This document shows, piece after piece, positions 11,282 through 24,088 of a stretch of 64,000 nucleotides of DNA. The DNA comes from Camelus dromedarius. Its lineage: Eukaryota. The translations under genes were made by a program, and so were the position numbers. How positions within the stretch are numbered: position 1 is the first letter of the stretch; each line of letters opens with the position of its first letter. Where the stretch lies: NCBI RefSeq assembly GCF_036321535.1, contig NC_087436.1, positions 120,716,001 through 120,780,000 on the forward strand. Reading direction: 5' to 3'. Under the pieces are notes generated by a model that worked only from the letters and a program-made list of their open reading frames with translations, ran no database searches and had not been told where the DNA came from.

Positions 11282-14200
11282 AAGAAGCTCAGAGGACACC
11301 AACCAGCATAAATACCAAAACCAAATGAAGCAAACACAAAATTGCACCCTAGCATATTATACTCAACTACTGAAAACCAAAGACAAAGAGAAAATATTAA
11401 AGCCAGCCAGAGAGGGGGAAAAAAAGAAACATTATTTACAGGAAGCTAAAGATACAGTTACAACGGAGTTCTTATCAAAAACCATGCAAGACAGAAGTTG
11501 ATGGAGGGAGCTTTAAAGTGTTGGAAGAAAGAAAAAACTGTCAAGCCAGAGAAAATGTCTTTGTTTAAATGAAAGAGAAATAATGACTTTCTCAAATAAG
11601 CAAAAACTGGGGATGCATTTCAAGGAGCTCTGCAGCAGAAGTTCTTCAGGTGGGAAAACCCTGATATTAGACTGAAATTTAGAAATGAAGGTTCTGGACA
11701 TAGAATCAATGAAGGTGAAATTAAATTCTTTTTCCCCCCTATTTTCTAATTGCTCTAAAAGATAAACTGTCTAAAGCAGAAAGTGTAGCAATATGTTTAT
11801 GGTGTATATACAGATAAAGACACGATGACAATAGCATAAAAAATGTGAAGGAGAAATTGGAAATACAGTGTGAAATAGTACCACATTATTTGAAGGTAAA
11901 CTCTGATTTATTAAAGATGATATATATTTAAACTGAAGGGCAATCACTATGTATGGGTAATAAATCAATAGAGAAGATAAGACAGAATCATAAAAAACAC
12001 CCAATTAGCACAAGAAAAGCCAAAAATAAAATATGGGAAAAAGAAATGAAGACTAAATGGGACAAATAAAAAAAGGCTAGTAACGTGATAGATTTTACTC
12101 AAACCATATCGATCGTTACATTAAGTGTGCGTCATCTAAGCATGCCAGGTAAGGGGCAAAGATTATGAGATTCAATTTTTAAAAATTAGAACCAACTAAA
12201 TATTGTCTTATAGGAAACCTACTTTAGATGTAATGATATAAACAGGTTACAAAAAGAAAAAGATCAAACAATATAAATCATACAAACACTAAGTAAAAGA
12301 ATACTGGCAGCTATATTAATATCAGACAAAGTAATGTCGTCAGAGATAAAGAGGGCTATTACATAACGATAAGGGAGCCAGTTCTCCAGGAACCCACAAC
12401 AATCCTAAACTTAGATGCACCTAACAACAGAGATTCCAATCACAGGGGCCCGTAACGGAGGGAACCGAGACAAACCTACAATAGCAGTTGGGGATGTCAA
12501 CTCCGTCTCAGTAATGAATGGGGAAAAAAAACTAGAAACTCCTAAGAATAAGGACCTGAATGGCACTAGTAGACCTAGTTAATACTGTAGAACATGCTAC
12601 ACAATAACAGAAAAATATATGTGGATCATAAAACGAAACGCAGCAAATCCTGAAGACCAGAACTCTTTTGGTCTTGAACCATAACATCATTAAACTAGAA
12701 ATCCGTAACAGAAAAGTGCTAAACAACATACTTGTGATGACCACAGGCGAAAGAGTAAGTGTCAAGGGAAATTTTTAAATATTTTTAAATGAATCAAAAT
12801 GAAAATCAAGCATATCAACATTTGTGGGATGCAGCTAAAGCAGTGCTTAAAGGCAATTTTGTAGTGTTGAATATGTTAGAAAAGACTAAAGGTCTCAGGT
12901 CAAATTTACACTTCCACTTTAAGAAATTAGAAAAAGAAAAGTAAACTAAATTCAAAGCACGCAGAAGGAAGGAAATTATACAGATTAGAGAAGAAATCAA
13001 TGAAATTTAAAAGCATAGGAAAAAATCAATAAACCTCTAGCACAAATGCTCAAGAAATGAAAAGGGAAGACAGAATGAGCAATACCGGCAAGGGAAGAGC
13101 GGCCACCACTGCAGATCCCACAGACACTGCAAGGGTGACAAGGGGCTACTAGCAACACCCCTGCTTCCACGAATCCCACGACTTAGGTGAAACGACAAAC
13201 TGCCAGAGCTCAGCCGAGAGAAACAGTTCATCTAGAGAGCACTATGTCTATGGAAGAAAACAAATCTGATCTAAGTTAAAACCTGCAGCAAAGAAACCTG
13301 CAGCCCCAGCTGGTTTCCCTGGACAACGTTACCAAATGGTTAAGGGAGGAGTAATGCCAATTCAACCACCTTTCCCATAATTAGGATGGGAAGAAACAGT
13401 CCCGATTCATTTTATGAGGCCAGCGATAGCCCAACACCAAAGCAGACAAAGATGTTACAGGCAAAGAAAACTATAGACCAATGTTTCTCATGAACATAGG
13501 TGTAAACCTGCAATAAAATATTAGCAAGTCGAGCCCAGCAATGTGTATTACAAAATCTCTCATGACCAAGTTTCATTCCAGAAATACAAAGATGGTTAGA
13601 ATTTGTTATTTAATCCATGTAATGTACCACATCAATAGATTAACAAAAAAGCCATATGATTATCTCAGTAAGCGAAACAGAATCATTTGACAAAATTCAG
13701 AATCTATTACGATAAAAAAAAAATTCTCAGCAAACTAGAAACAGGAGGGGGCTTCCTAACGTGAAAAAGAACGCTGGCAGCTAGTACCTACGTAAGGGCC
13801 AAAGAGTGAGTGTTCCCCTAAGATCAGAGACCAGGCAAGGATGTCCTCTCTCATCCTCCTGTTCGACATGTAATGCCAGTGCAACAAGGGGAGGGAAAGA
13901 AAGAAAAAGAGTAAGAGAAAAAAAAAAGAAATAAACCTCTCTCCACTGACAGATAACATGACTTCTATGTAGAAAATACCAAAGAATCTACTTTAAACAA
14001 AGCTCTAGAGCGAATAAATGAGTGTAGCAAGGTCATAAGATTCACGATAAACAAACAAAATCACTTATGTTTCTCTATATTAGCAGTGAGGAATTGGAAC
14101 TTGAAATTAAAAACAAATGCACAAACAATAGCACCAAAAAATGAAACGTTTAGGAATAAATTATAAAATTGTCCAAAATCTGCATGCTGAAAACTAAAAA

Positions 14201-14377
14201 CACTGATGAAAGAAGTCAAACAAGACCTAAATAATGGGAAAGATTTAAGGCTTGGCTGAGTATTAAGATACCATTTCTACCCAATTTCACCTATACATTT
14301 AATGCAGTCCTAGTAGAAATTCCAATAGGCTTAAAAAAAACATAAACACACATTGAATAAAAATATATATATATGAA

Positions 14378-14515
14378 GTGGGAGGGTATAGCACAGTGGT
14401 AGAGTGTGTGCTTAGCATGCACAAGGTCCTGGGTTCAATCCCCAGTACTGCCATTAAAAATTAAATAAATAAACCTAATTACCTCCCCCTCTAAAAAAAA
14501 GATTATTTAAAAAAA
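14378..14515 (+). mobile_element. tRNA-Ala-derived SINE (camelid vic-1-like), long form
   Basis: 'gggagggtatagcacagtggtagagtgtgtgcttagcatgcacaaggtcctgggttcaatccccagtac' with A/B boxes, then 'aataaataaacctaattacctccccc' extension and A tail. Confidence 0.9.
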
Positions 14516-14894
14516 TATATGTATACACACATATATATGTACAGAATGGAAAGGCCAAGTAACTGAAATAGCCACTACAAGTTGGAAAAGAACAAAGCTG
14601 GAAGACTCACACCACATGATTCCAAAACTTTCTACAAAGCAACAGTTATCAAGCAGTATTAGCAAAAGGACAGACACACAGATCATTCAGAGCCTAAAAA
14701 TAGACCCACAGACTTATAGTCAAGTGATTTGTGACAAAGGCCCAAAAGCAACTAAATAGAAAAAGGACAATCTTTTCAACCAACGATGCTAGGAAATATG
14801 TGTATCCATGTGCATTTAAGTATTTAACTCTGAACCTGACATCTTACAGAAAAATCAACTCAGAATGAAATATTTTTTAAATATATAAAGCTAC

Positions 14895-15412
14895 TATTGA
14901 CAGATGGCTGGATAAAGAAGTTGTGGTATACAATGAAATACTACTCAGCCATAAAAAAGAATAAAATAATGCCATTTACAGCAACATGGATGGACCTGGA
15001 GTTTGTCATTCTAAGCAAAGTAAGCCAGAAAGAAAGAAAAATACCGTATGATGTCACTTATATGCGGAATCTAAAAAAAAGGACACCGATGAACTTATCT
15101 GCAAAACAGAAACAGACTCACAGACATAAAGAACAAACATGGTTACCAAGGAGTAAAGGGGGTGGGAAGGGACAAACTGGGAGTTCAAGATTTACAGATA
15201 CTAACTAGCATATATAAAATGGATAAACGACAAGTTTCTTCTGTACAGCACAGGGAACTATATTTAATATCTTGTAGTAACCTACAATAAAAAAGAATAT
15301 GAAAAGAAGTATCTGTATGGATATGTATGACTGAAACGTTATGCTGTGCACCAGAACTGACACAACATTGTAAAATGACTGTACTTCAATAAAAAAGAAA
15401 AATACAAACAAA
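14895..15412 (+). mobile_element. Younger artiodactyl-type L1 3' end, 5'-truncated
   Basis: End of ORF2 (WIKKLWY...YYSAIKKNKIMPFTATWMDLE, ORF 14897..15208), 3' UTR and A-rich tail. Confidence 0.9.
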
Positions 15413-16194
15413 TATTTTTTTTTAAAAACATGTAGAAGAAATAAGGAAAACAGATCATCACCATCAGAACGCCACAGTAACCACGACAGCAGGCAAAGTC
15501 CATTGTTGAACGCTACTGTTAGGAGGCAAAAGTTTCAGGAGAGACAGGACATCTGCAAAACCCCCAGTGTATCTCTTCCGAAAATATCGTGAATTATAGA
15601 GGAAAACCAGTAACTTTACAAAGGAGACGTCTGGCAGGCACCGCCCTGGCTTCGCGTCCAAGGCCAGGACTCCGGGGGTGCAGTGCACAGTCAGCCCTGG
15701 CATGACCGGCAGAGGAGGGGACACATCCTCTCCAGCATCCCCTCTGGTGACGCCCAGCCTGCCGGATCACGAGAAAACCCCCCGAGGATCCCGCGTGGAG
15801 GAAGCCTGCGCGGCAACCAGCCTGCCCTCCCCGAGGGTCCCGGGCGTGCAAGACGAGGGCCGTGTAAGGCGCCGTCACAGACAGGAAAGGGCTGAGGACA
15901 CAGGAGACCTAAAGCCAATGTGGGATCACAGGCTGGATTCTGGAACCGAGTGAGAACCTTAGTGGAAGAACTGGTGCAGTCTGGAAAGAACCCGCGAGTT
16001 AGTGAAAGCAGTCTGTCTAAACCAGCTCCCTAGTGCACGTCTCTGCACTGGGGCTACGGCAGGTGTTGGTGCTGGGGGTCCTGGGTGAAGGACTGGGGGT
16101 GTTTTCTGTACCGTTCTTGCAACTCTCTACGTCTCGAATTATCTCCAGATAGGAAGTTAAAGGCAGAAAGTGACTGAAAAGAAAAAAGTTGCAT

Positions 16195-17660
16195 TTGGCA
16201 CAAAGCCTAATTTCAAGACTTACCGTAAAGCTACGGCAATCCAATCAGTGTGATATTGAGAAAAAAGAAAGACACAAAGATCGAAGGAACAGAGTACAAG
16301 GCCCGGAAATGGAGCCCTACGCACGTATGGCCAACTGATTCTTGACAAAGACGCAGAAGGTGATTCAACGATACTTACTTGGCACTGGGACAATTGGGCA
16401 GTCGTACGCAACACAGCGGGACCCCACCCAGACCTCATACCTTATGAAAAATTAACTCAAAATGCATTATACACCTAAACGTACAAAACTATAAAACTTT
16501 TAAAGAAAATATCCATGACCTTGGATTCGTAAAGTTCTCTTGGATACATTAATAAAAGCAAGAGCCGTGATAGGAAAACACGTATATAAGTTTGACTGCA
16601 TCAAAATCTCTTAAAATTTGCTTTGCATTATTAGCGTGTATGAGATCCAGGGTTCAACCTCCTGCACCTCCATTAAGAATAAATAAACCTAACTATCCCC
16701 CCCCCAGAAAACAAAACAAAACAAATAAAATAAAATAAAATTTGCTTCGCAAAAGCTATTACTGTAAGAATGAAAAGACAAACCACAGACTAGGAGAAAG
16801 CATTGATAAATCACACAGCCAGTAACGCACGTGTGTTTGGAATATACAAAGAACTCCCAAAGCGCGGCATCAGGCAAGGCAACAATCTGACAAGAAAGGG
16901 GCAAAGTATTTGAAGACACCTCGCCAGCGAAGACGTTTGGCGGGAAAAGTGCAGGACAAGAGGCTCCATGTTGTGTGTGGGGAAACACACACTAAAACCA
17001 CAGTGAGATGCAGCCCCAAACATGTTGGAACAGTTAACCAAAAAAAACAAAACCCAAAACCTGGCAATACCTAGGCTGGCAAGGATGAGAAAGCGTCAGA
17101 GCCCCCTCACGTTGCTGGTGAGAATGCATGGGGAATGGTTCGGTAGAGCCTCACCAAGAAACATATTTTCCGTAGGACCCTATATGTGAATGTTTATTGT
17201 AGCTTCACTCACAGTTGCTCAAAACTGGAAACAACCCAAGTGTCCATCCAGTGGAGACCGGCTGAGCAGAATCTGTGATACTCCCACTGGATGAAACACC
17301 ATTCAGCAGAATAAAGGAATGAATTATGGATCCACAAACAGCATGGCTGAATCTCAAAGGATTACGCTGAGCCCGAGAAGCCAGATCCAAAACTACCTTC
17401 CGTGTGGCCCCGTTCAGGTGACAGTCTGGAAAAGACAGGGCTGGGGTGGAGAGAGCAGACGATGAATGCCACGGGTTACGGGTCAGGGGGAGCTTTAACT
17501 ACGAAAAGATCTTGGAGGGGCGGTGATGGAACTGATCTGCATTTTGATTTTGGTGGCGGCTACGTTATTCTAGCATTTGTCAAAACCCTTTAAGCCGCGT
17601 GCAAAAAAAAAGTTAATTTTGCCGTATGCGAAACAAGTATCAACTTTAAAAAGTTGTAAA
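16195..17660 (+). mobile_element. Second old L1 (ORF2 C-terminal part and 3' UTR)
   Basis: Repeats the ORF2 segment already seen at ~14600-14870 ('cctaatttcaagacttaccgtaaagctac...tatggccaactgattcttgacaaag'), then its own 3' UTR. Confidence 0.8.
16628..16736 (+). mobile_element. 5'-truncated tRNA-Ala-derived SINE, long form
   Basis: 'ttagcgtgtatgagatccagggttcaacc...aataaataaacctaactatcccc' plus (AAAAC/AAAAT) tail; 15-bp TSD aaaatttgctttgca (16613-16627) / aaaatttgcttcgca (16737-16751). Confidence 0.85.
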
Positions 17661-18039
17661 CGTGATTCACGGCTTGGGTCTGCTTCTTGCTCTTTGTCTC
17701 TAACACAAGAACAGTGTTATTCCCAGGAAGGGGCCGCCTCCCTCGCCTGGACGGGGAGCGGGGAGGGGGCGTGGGGATGCTCGGAGCCTGCGGGAGCCGG
17801 ACGGGGCGTCTGCCACTGGAGCTGCCTTTTCAGAGCGTGGTGGGGGCACCATCCCCCCTCTCTCACTCTCTCTGCTCGTCCTGACCTTGACTCCCTTTGG
17901 CTGAGCCCGCTCTCTGGTGTCCCCCACACAGCCCCTGCCCTGTGCTGTGGCTACCTGGTCTGCCCAGACCCCTCCATCCACTTCCTGGCGGTGAGTGTGC
18001 CTGCTTGCCTTTGAGAGCTGTCCCTGTCCCTCTCTGCAT

Positions 18040-18200
18040 GGCCCTGCAGGTCACCACGTGATCTGGCTGGGCCAATCAGAACCCTGCCCTGGAATTTTAT
18101 ATGCAGGTGCTGAAAAGAGGGGGCTTCTCTTTTCCGTGGATTTGAGCTGTGAGGGTGTGACTAGAGGGGTGGGTGGCCACACCTTCTGCTGTCCGGAAGC
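18040..18200 (+). mobile_element. ERVL-class LTR fragment (LTR16/LTR33-like)
   Basis: 'cacgtgatctggctgggccaatcagaaccctgccctggaatttt' motif. Confidence 0.4.
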
Positions 18201-19765
18201 GCCCAGGGGAGGGAGGCCTGGGCCCATCAGAGGCGGATGGAGGAGCCCTGGTTTCAGCCCGGGGGCTGCCGGCCCTGCCCCCCGGGCTCCCTGACGCTCG
18301 CTGGGTCTGCAGGCCTTGCTCCTGGGGGCATCCGCAGGCGCACAGCCTCCCCGCTGAGCAGGCGGGCACACAGCTGGAGGGACGGAAAGGAAGCCACAGT
18401 GAGGGGGCCGGAGGATCCCGAAACCAGGGTCGGGTGCCCTCAGCAAACGCCTGGGCACAGATCTGCTGGGGCCAGCCTGAGGCCAGGTCCAGCACGCAGA
18501 GAGGACCAGACTGGGCCTGCTCTCGGCAAGAGCTGGGAGCCACAGCTCCGACACAGCTGCCGTCCTCCCCAGAGCCCTGCCACGGCCCCCCTTCCCAACC
18601 CCGTTAACTGGGCCACATCTGGTGATGGCAGACCACTTCTCACTGCCAGCTCGCTCGCTCTGGAGCCCGCGGCTCTGCCCTCTGGGGCCCCGCCAATCAG
18701 GACTGTGCATCTCTCAGCCAAATGTCTCAGTCCCTCGTGATGTGCCAGCCCCAAGGCGGCTCTGCAGGCTGGGCTCTGACAGTCCGTTCCCCTGTGGACC
18801 AGCCCACCCGAGCTGGGCAAGCCGCTGGCCAAGTCCATCCAGAAGCTCCAGCTCCCCGTGGGGGCGGTAGTTGTGCGTGCAGCTCGCACCCCTCAGAACA
18901 GATTCTAGGATTGCACTGGGGCTGGAGAACCCGCTTTGCTCTACACAGCCCCACCTCCCATGGCCCTGAGTGGGGACCCGCTGCCGGCCAGGGCGGGGCA
19001 GGGGTGAGAAGGCAGACACAAGGCTGAGGCCACAGGCTTTACTTAGATGGTGAGAGAAGCCAACCCTGCGAGGTGGTACCTGGACCTGGAAGCCACCTGC
19101 CATCCAGCTGTCCTATTCCGGGCAGAGCAGTGAGAGCCCGTGCTGGGCGGGCCAGGCCAGGGTCCCCAAGGGCACAGGACAGTGAGGTGGGCCTGGGGAC
19201 TGGACATTCTCTGTCTCACGCTGAGCCTCCCTCTCTGTGTGCCTCACCCCAGCACAGTTCTTATTGCTGCCAGAACACGGTTTTCTGGCGTGCAGCTGGT
19301 TAGGTGGAGGAGGAACCTTAAGGGCAGCGGGCGAGCCCGCCTGCCCAGGGCCCTACCTCCCAGTCCTCCAGCACAGACGGGGCCTCCAGGGAGGGTTTCG
19401 GCGCTGCCTGGTGGGAGGAACGGGTGCGCTGTGCCCAGGTCTCCAGGCTGCCTAGGCCACACGGTCAGGGCCACCAGGAGTGCCACCCTGTCCCTTAGAC
19501 CAGACCAGTGTGGAGCCGCGCTGCCCCTGGGACTTAACAAATGTTCACTAGGCGCCTCCTGGGTCTCAAACCTACTCCAGGCTCTGAGACACAAGACAGT
19601 GGAGGACCACACCCTCAACAAACGGACAAACAGCAAGTGTGTGAGGAACTAACCCATGGTGTTAGAGCGGGGCTTCCCAGGCTGGGCACAGGGCACCTTA
19701 AGCTATAGGTGTGTTTGGTGTTACCTGGGAGGGAGGGGCAGCTGTGAAGGGGGGTCGCCTGCACG

Positions 19766-20320
19766 TGAAAGCAGCTCTTTGAGGACACGCCCTCAGCAGG
19801 AAGCGCCTTTCCTTACCGCTTTCGCAAAGCCACCTTGCCGTGAGGTTTTACACCGCACCCCCACCCCCACGCTCAGCTCACCTCCGGCCCAAGTGCACCT
19901 TTCGGCTCTTTGGATCACGCAATACCTTGCCTAACTTGTTGGTCCTTTCCGTAGATCAGAGGCGTAGGAATGAAGGATAAGTCATTAACAGATGACCAGA
20001 TCTCTTCCCTGATGTCGCGAGCAGACTGTGTGAACAAGACAGCATCTAAAGAAAAATCGCAGAAAGCTGGCAAGCCTGCACGTGGAGGGGGTGACGATGA
20101 CTCTGACCCGCATCTCGGTGATTAGCTGAGATTGCTTGCCTTCTTCCTTTAAAAACGTTCATGGCTAATGGAATCTTTGGAGTTGGTTTTGGGGGACACT
20201 GAGTCCACCTTCTCCCCAGATTTCTGGCATTCTGATTAAAGCAACTTTCCTTTCCACCAACACTTGCCTCTTGGGTATTGATTTTTGAGCGGCCGGCAGC
20301 CAGACTTAAGTTCAGTAATA
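19766..20320 (+). mobile_element. ERV1-like solo LTR (MER21/MER34-type 3' end)
   Basis: TATA-like tttaaaaa 20148-20155, ATTAAA 20235-20240, U5-like 'ccaacacttgcctcttgggtattgatttttgagcggccggcagccagacttaagttcagtaa'; 5' end inferred from the interrupted tandem repeat. Confidence 0.7.
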
Positions 20321-20325
20321 CGAGG

Positions 20326-20412
20326 AGGGGTCACCTGCACAGGGAGTCACCTGTGAGGTAGAGTCACCTGTGTAGGGAGGTCACCTGTAAAGGGGGTCAC
20401 AGTGCAGGTGGG
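20326..20412. repeat. Degenerate ~17-bp minisatellite (GTCACCTGTGnAGGGnG), about 5 units
   Basis: gtcacctg recurs four times, then gtcacagtg; related units at ~19718-19765. Confidence 0.7.
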
Positions 20413-20839
20413 ATGAGACGCTGGCCTCCCGTACCCTCTGCCAGGAAAGGGGTTCCGGGGGAAGCAGAGCTCGGGTCCGGAGCCTCCAGCTACGGCAGCC
20501 TGGGCCCGGGGCGCTCCTGGGAAGGCGCCCGAAGGAGAGCTCAGAGTCTGAGCCCCACGGGCTCCCTGGGCGGCAGCCACGAGGGTGGACACCGGCTCTC
20601 GCGTTCAGGGACTCCTGCTCCACCACCGACTCCAGCAGCCCGGGCATCCGTCCTCTAAAAGGCCGGGACGTGTCCGAGCCAGGCCTGTTCCAGGGCTCAC
20701 CGTGGGAGCCCAGGGAGAGGCCGTCGGGCCTGGGGTGGGAGGCCTTGGCTCCTGGGCACAGCTCCTGGCTCCCACACTGCTGGGGCGCCGAGCGGCCTGC
20801 TGTGCCACGGCCCGGCACGATCTTCGCTGTAGGGCCTCG

Positions 20840-21420
20840 CCATTAGTTTTGAAATCGGTGATGTGGGAAACTTCATCCAGAATCCATCGTGTGATCACAA
20901 GGCTTTTCAAGATCGCATCTGGGCGGGGGAGTAGCTCAGTGGTGGAGCACACGTCTAGCACGCACGAGCTTCTGGGTCCAATCCCCACAAATAAAAACCC
21001 AAATCACCTCCTCTCCAAAATAGATTAACGACCACATTTGTCCATGAAACAAAAGAAAGAGCTTCCAGCCTCTTTAAATAGAGCCCCAAGGGCTGTAACC
21101 ATTCGATGGTTGACACTTACTCTAAAATGTTTATCCCCTGTTTGTGTGAACCAAGGTTTTCACCAGCAATAACCCTCAAGAGTTTGAAAACAGGATTATT
21201 TTAGAAAGTCCTGATCAGGAGTCACTCACAATCTTATTTTACGGATAAAACAGTGTAGAGATGCTCACTTTTCCTCCCTAAGTGTTGCAAGCTCTGGTTT
21301 CTCATTAACATTTAGGGAAAGTTACTTGGAAGGTTTATACAGATTGTAAAACTGTCTATTTCTTCATTGTGATGATATAAAGCAAAGAAAACACAATGCA
21401 TTTTTTTTCTCAGAGCCCCA
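20840..21420 (+). mobile_element. Probable hAT-Charlie DNA transposon fossil (transposase C-terminus)
   Basis: From 21127 reads MFIPCLCEPRFSPAITLK then, frameshifted, ENRIILES, resembling the hAT dimerisation motif TYLCExGFS...K...RNRL..E. Confidence 0.45.
20921..21025 (+). mobile_element. tRNA-Ala-derived SINE, diverged
   Basis: 'gggggagtagctcagtggtggagcacacgtctagcacgcacgagcttctgggtccaatcccca...aaatcacctcctctccaaaa'. Confidence 0.8.
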
Positions 21421-23754
21421 CACCGACCCTATCTTACTGGGGGTGTCATTCAAATAGGACCATTTTCTTGTGTGGTGTGATGCGGCCTGAGGCGTGAGTG
21501 AGGGGAGGGGGCCAGACCATTCAGGGTCTGGGTGGAATGTTCTAGGCAGCCGAGGGAAAGGGGCCAAATCCCCGGGTGGGAGACAGAGCAGCCAGGTGGC
21601 CAATGTGGCTGCGGCGCGGTGGGCGAAGAGGAGGCTGGGGCCTGACCAAACGATGGGGAAGCCGGTGGGCTTTCCCCGGAGAGGACGGGGTCTGTGAGGC
21701 TGCAGCCGCCACCCTGGCAGCCCCCCAGCCCCTCCACGCTGAGATTCCAGGATGTCTGAGCCAAGACCTCAGCGTTCAGCTGGGACATTTCTGCAGACTT
21801 GTTGCTGGCACGGCAGGGGTCCTTCGGGGCCAGGCGACACTTAGCAAGGAAGCCAGTGTCCCCAGGGAGCAATTGAACACTTCTGAGCACTTTGGAGAGG
21901 TGACCCACCCCCAGGGACACGGCCCCTCCCCGGATGAGCTCCTTCCCAGGGCTGGAGGGGGGGTTCCGGGCACTTGGGGTGCGCAGCTGGGCCGAGGGAA
22001 ATGCGCCCGCCCCGCACACTCACACAAGGCCGCGGGAGGGTAATGCGCTCTCACGGAAACCAGATCGATCGATCACCCAGCTGGGGATTTGCATGTTTCT
22101 AAATCCAAGGCCGCAGGCTCGGGGCTGCAGGGGCTGCCTGCCCCTCGGATCTGCTGAGAGGCGCTCAGACCTCAGAGGAGGCGGCATCCAGCCGCAGGTG
22201 CCGGCCGCCGAAGTCCTCCTGTCTCAGCCGAACACCCGGAGGGGCCCCGTTGCACAGGGAGGCGGGTCTCAGCTGGGCGGGGTCCCTGCTGCTGCAATTC
22301 CCTGCTGTCCGCCAAAGCTGCCATTTGGTCACTTGGGTCACTCGTTAGAGAGGAGGGAGCAGCCCAAAGGGCGGGAGAGCAGGGACCCCCGGGGCCGGGC
22401 AAGGGGTGTGCCTGGAGACACACCGGGACCTGCTGTCCAGTTTCCCCGTGGCCCCAGGACTGCTCACAGGAGGGGTCACTGGACAAGAGAAGAGATGGCT
22501 GGAGTGCTGGCTGTGCCCAGTGCCAGGCCGGGTGGGCACAGTGCTGGCCCTGCACGTGTCAGCTCGCCCTTGGCAGCCACGCGGGGCCAGCCTTCCTCTG
22601 CCCAGTTCATTCACTCACTCATTCATTCAACACTGAGATGTGCTGGCGCTGGGGGTGGACGCAGCATTGCTGGACGCAGCTTTGGTCCCTACCTGCGTCA
22701 GGGTCCCAGCCCGCAGGAGAGGGGGCATTAAGACACCGTCACAGCACAGCTGCCGAGGGCCCACCGGGTGCAGGGCTTGCTGTGGACACACCGCCCAGGT
22801 GGGCAGAGTGCGACATACAGCAGGTCCACCTGGCTCAAGGCCAGACGCGGTCCACAGCCCCACCTCCTCCCTCCTGCCCACAGGCCCTGAGTGGCGTCAC
22901 CTGCCCGCCCCAGACCTGTCCGGTGGCTTCTCTGTCCCTGCTGCAGCCGCCCAGGGCTCCTGCCACATGCCGTTCCACCTGCTGCCAAAGCTCTTCCCTC
23001 CGCGTTCTCCCCGGCCCAGCCTCCCCATCTCAGCTCAGACAGCCCCTCTGCCGACGCGTCCGGCCACCGACTCCAGCTCGAATCTCTGCCCTTCTCAGCA
23101 CCCATAGCATTGTGGGGTCCGTTACAGCCTGTGGCGGAGAACTTTACCAGCAGGAGGGACATTTATCATTTAATGGGGCTTTGTTTAGTACAAAACTTAC
23201 TAAAGTTAACATTAAGTTACGTATTCAAAAAGCTAATTTCCTAAGCCTTTAAGCTCAATGTACAAATCTCATTGTATTACTTATAAAGCTGGTAATTGTT
23301 GAAAAAGAAAATTTCTTTCATGCGTCCTTTAATCAGTATCTGAGTCACTCAAAATGAACACATTGATCCCCCCAAAAATAATTAGCCCGCTTCACAAACT
23401 TAGTTAATTTAACCTTTTAAACTGCGTTTGTACGATTAATATTTCTGGTTTTGTCTTTTTTGTTTTCCAAGAATTTCAAATGACATTCAGGGTGTTCTTA
23501 CAGACAGAAGGTGGAGACCTCCCCAGGCACTCTATGGGCTCCTGGAAAATTAATAAAGCAAACTGTAGCCATGGCTAGTGATGCTTCCAAATTTAGTCAA
23601 ATTCTCTTATTCCCCCCTATTTAAAACCCCTGCTGCGCTCAACATTGTCTTTTAAAATGGAGCTGGTCATGCTGTCCTCTGACTCACAGCCTCCACCTCT
23701 TCCTTTCTGCAGGGAGGAAACCCCACAGCCCTTACCTGGCCCAGGGGCTCTCAG

Positions 23755-23900
23755 CTCAGCTCCCCTCCCTTCCCTCCCTCTGCCCAGCCCTCCCCCACAC
23801 CACCCCTCCCCCTCCCCCACACAACCCCTCCCCCACCACACACCACCCCTTCCCCTCCCCCACATCAACCCCTCTCCCCCACACAGCCCCCTCCCTGCTT
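23755..23900. repeat. C-rich low-complexity tract
   Basis: Repeated ccctcccc / cccacac runs. Confidence 0.8.
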
Positions 23901-24088
23901 TATTTTCCCATATCAGGCACCAGGCCACTCATCTGTTACAGGTTTGCTGTCTGTCCCCTCCCAGAAGGCCAGCTCCCTCAGGCAGCACCACATCCTGGGC
24001 CACCGAGGAGTGTCTGGAACACGGGGGGCACAGGCAGGTGGTGACTAGACAAGTGGCTGGATGACTGAGCCCACCAACCCATCCCTCA

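Larger units (their letters stand above)
9866..16185 (+). mobile_element. Decayed near-full-length old L1 (5' region, ORF1, ORF2, L1MC/MD-like 3' UTR) with nested insertions
   Basis: ORF1 remnant ~10850-11900, endonuclease-region motifs ~12110-12850 ('caacatttgtgggatgcagctaaagcagtgcttaaagg'), RT-region motifs ~13300-14100 ('gattcattttatgaggccagc', 'catttgacaaaattcag'), 3' UTR-like ~15430-16185; many stops and frameshifts. Confidence 0.85.

Noticed and set aside
9866..17660. Active L1 or intact ORF2
   Set aside because: No long ORF; numerous stops, frameshifts and nested insertions
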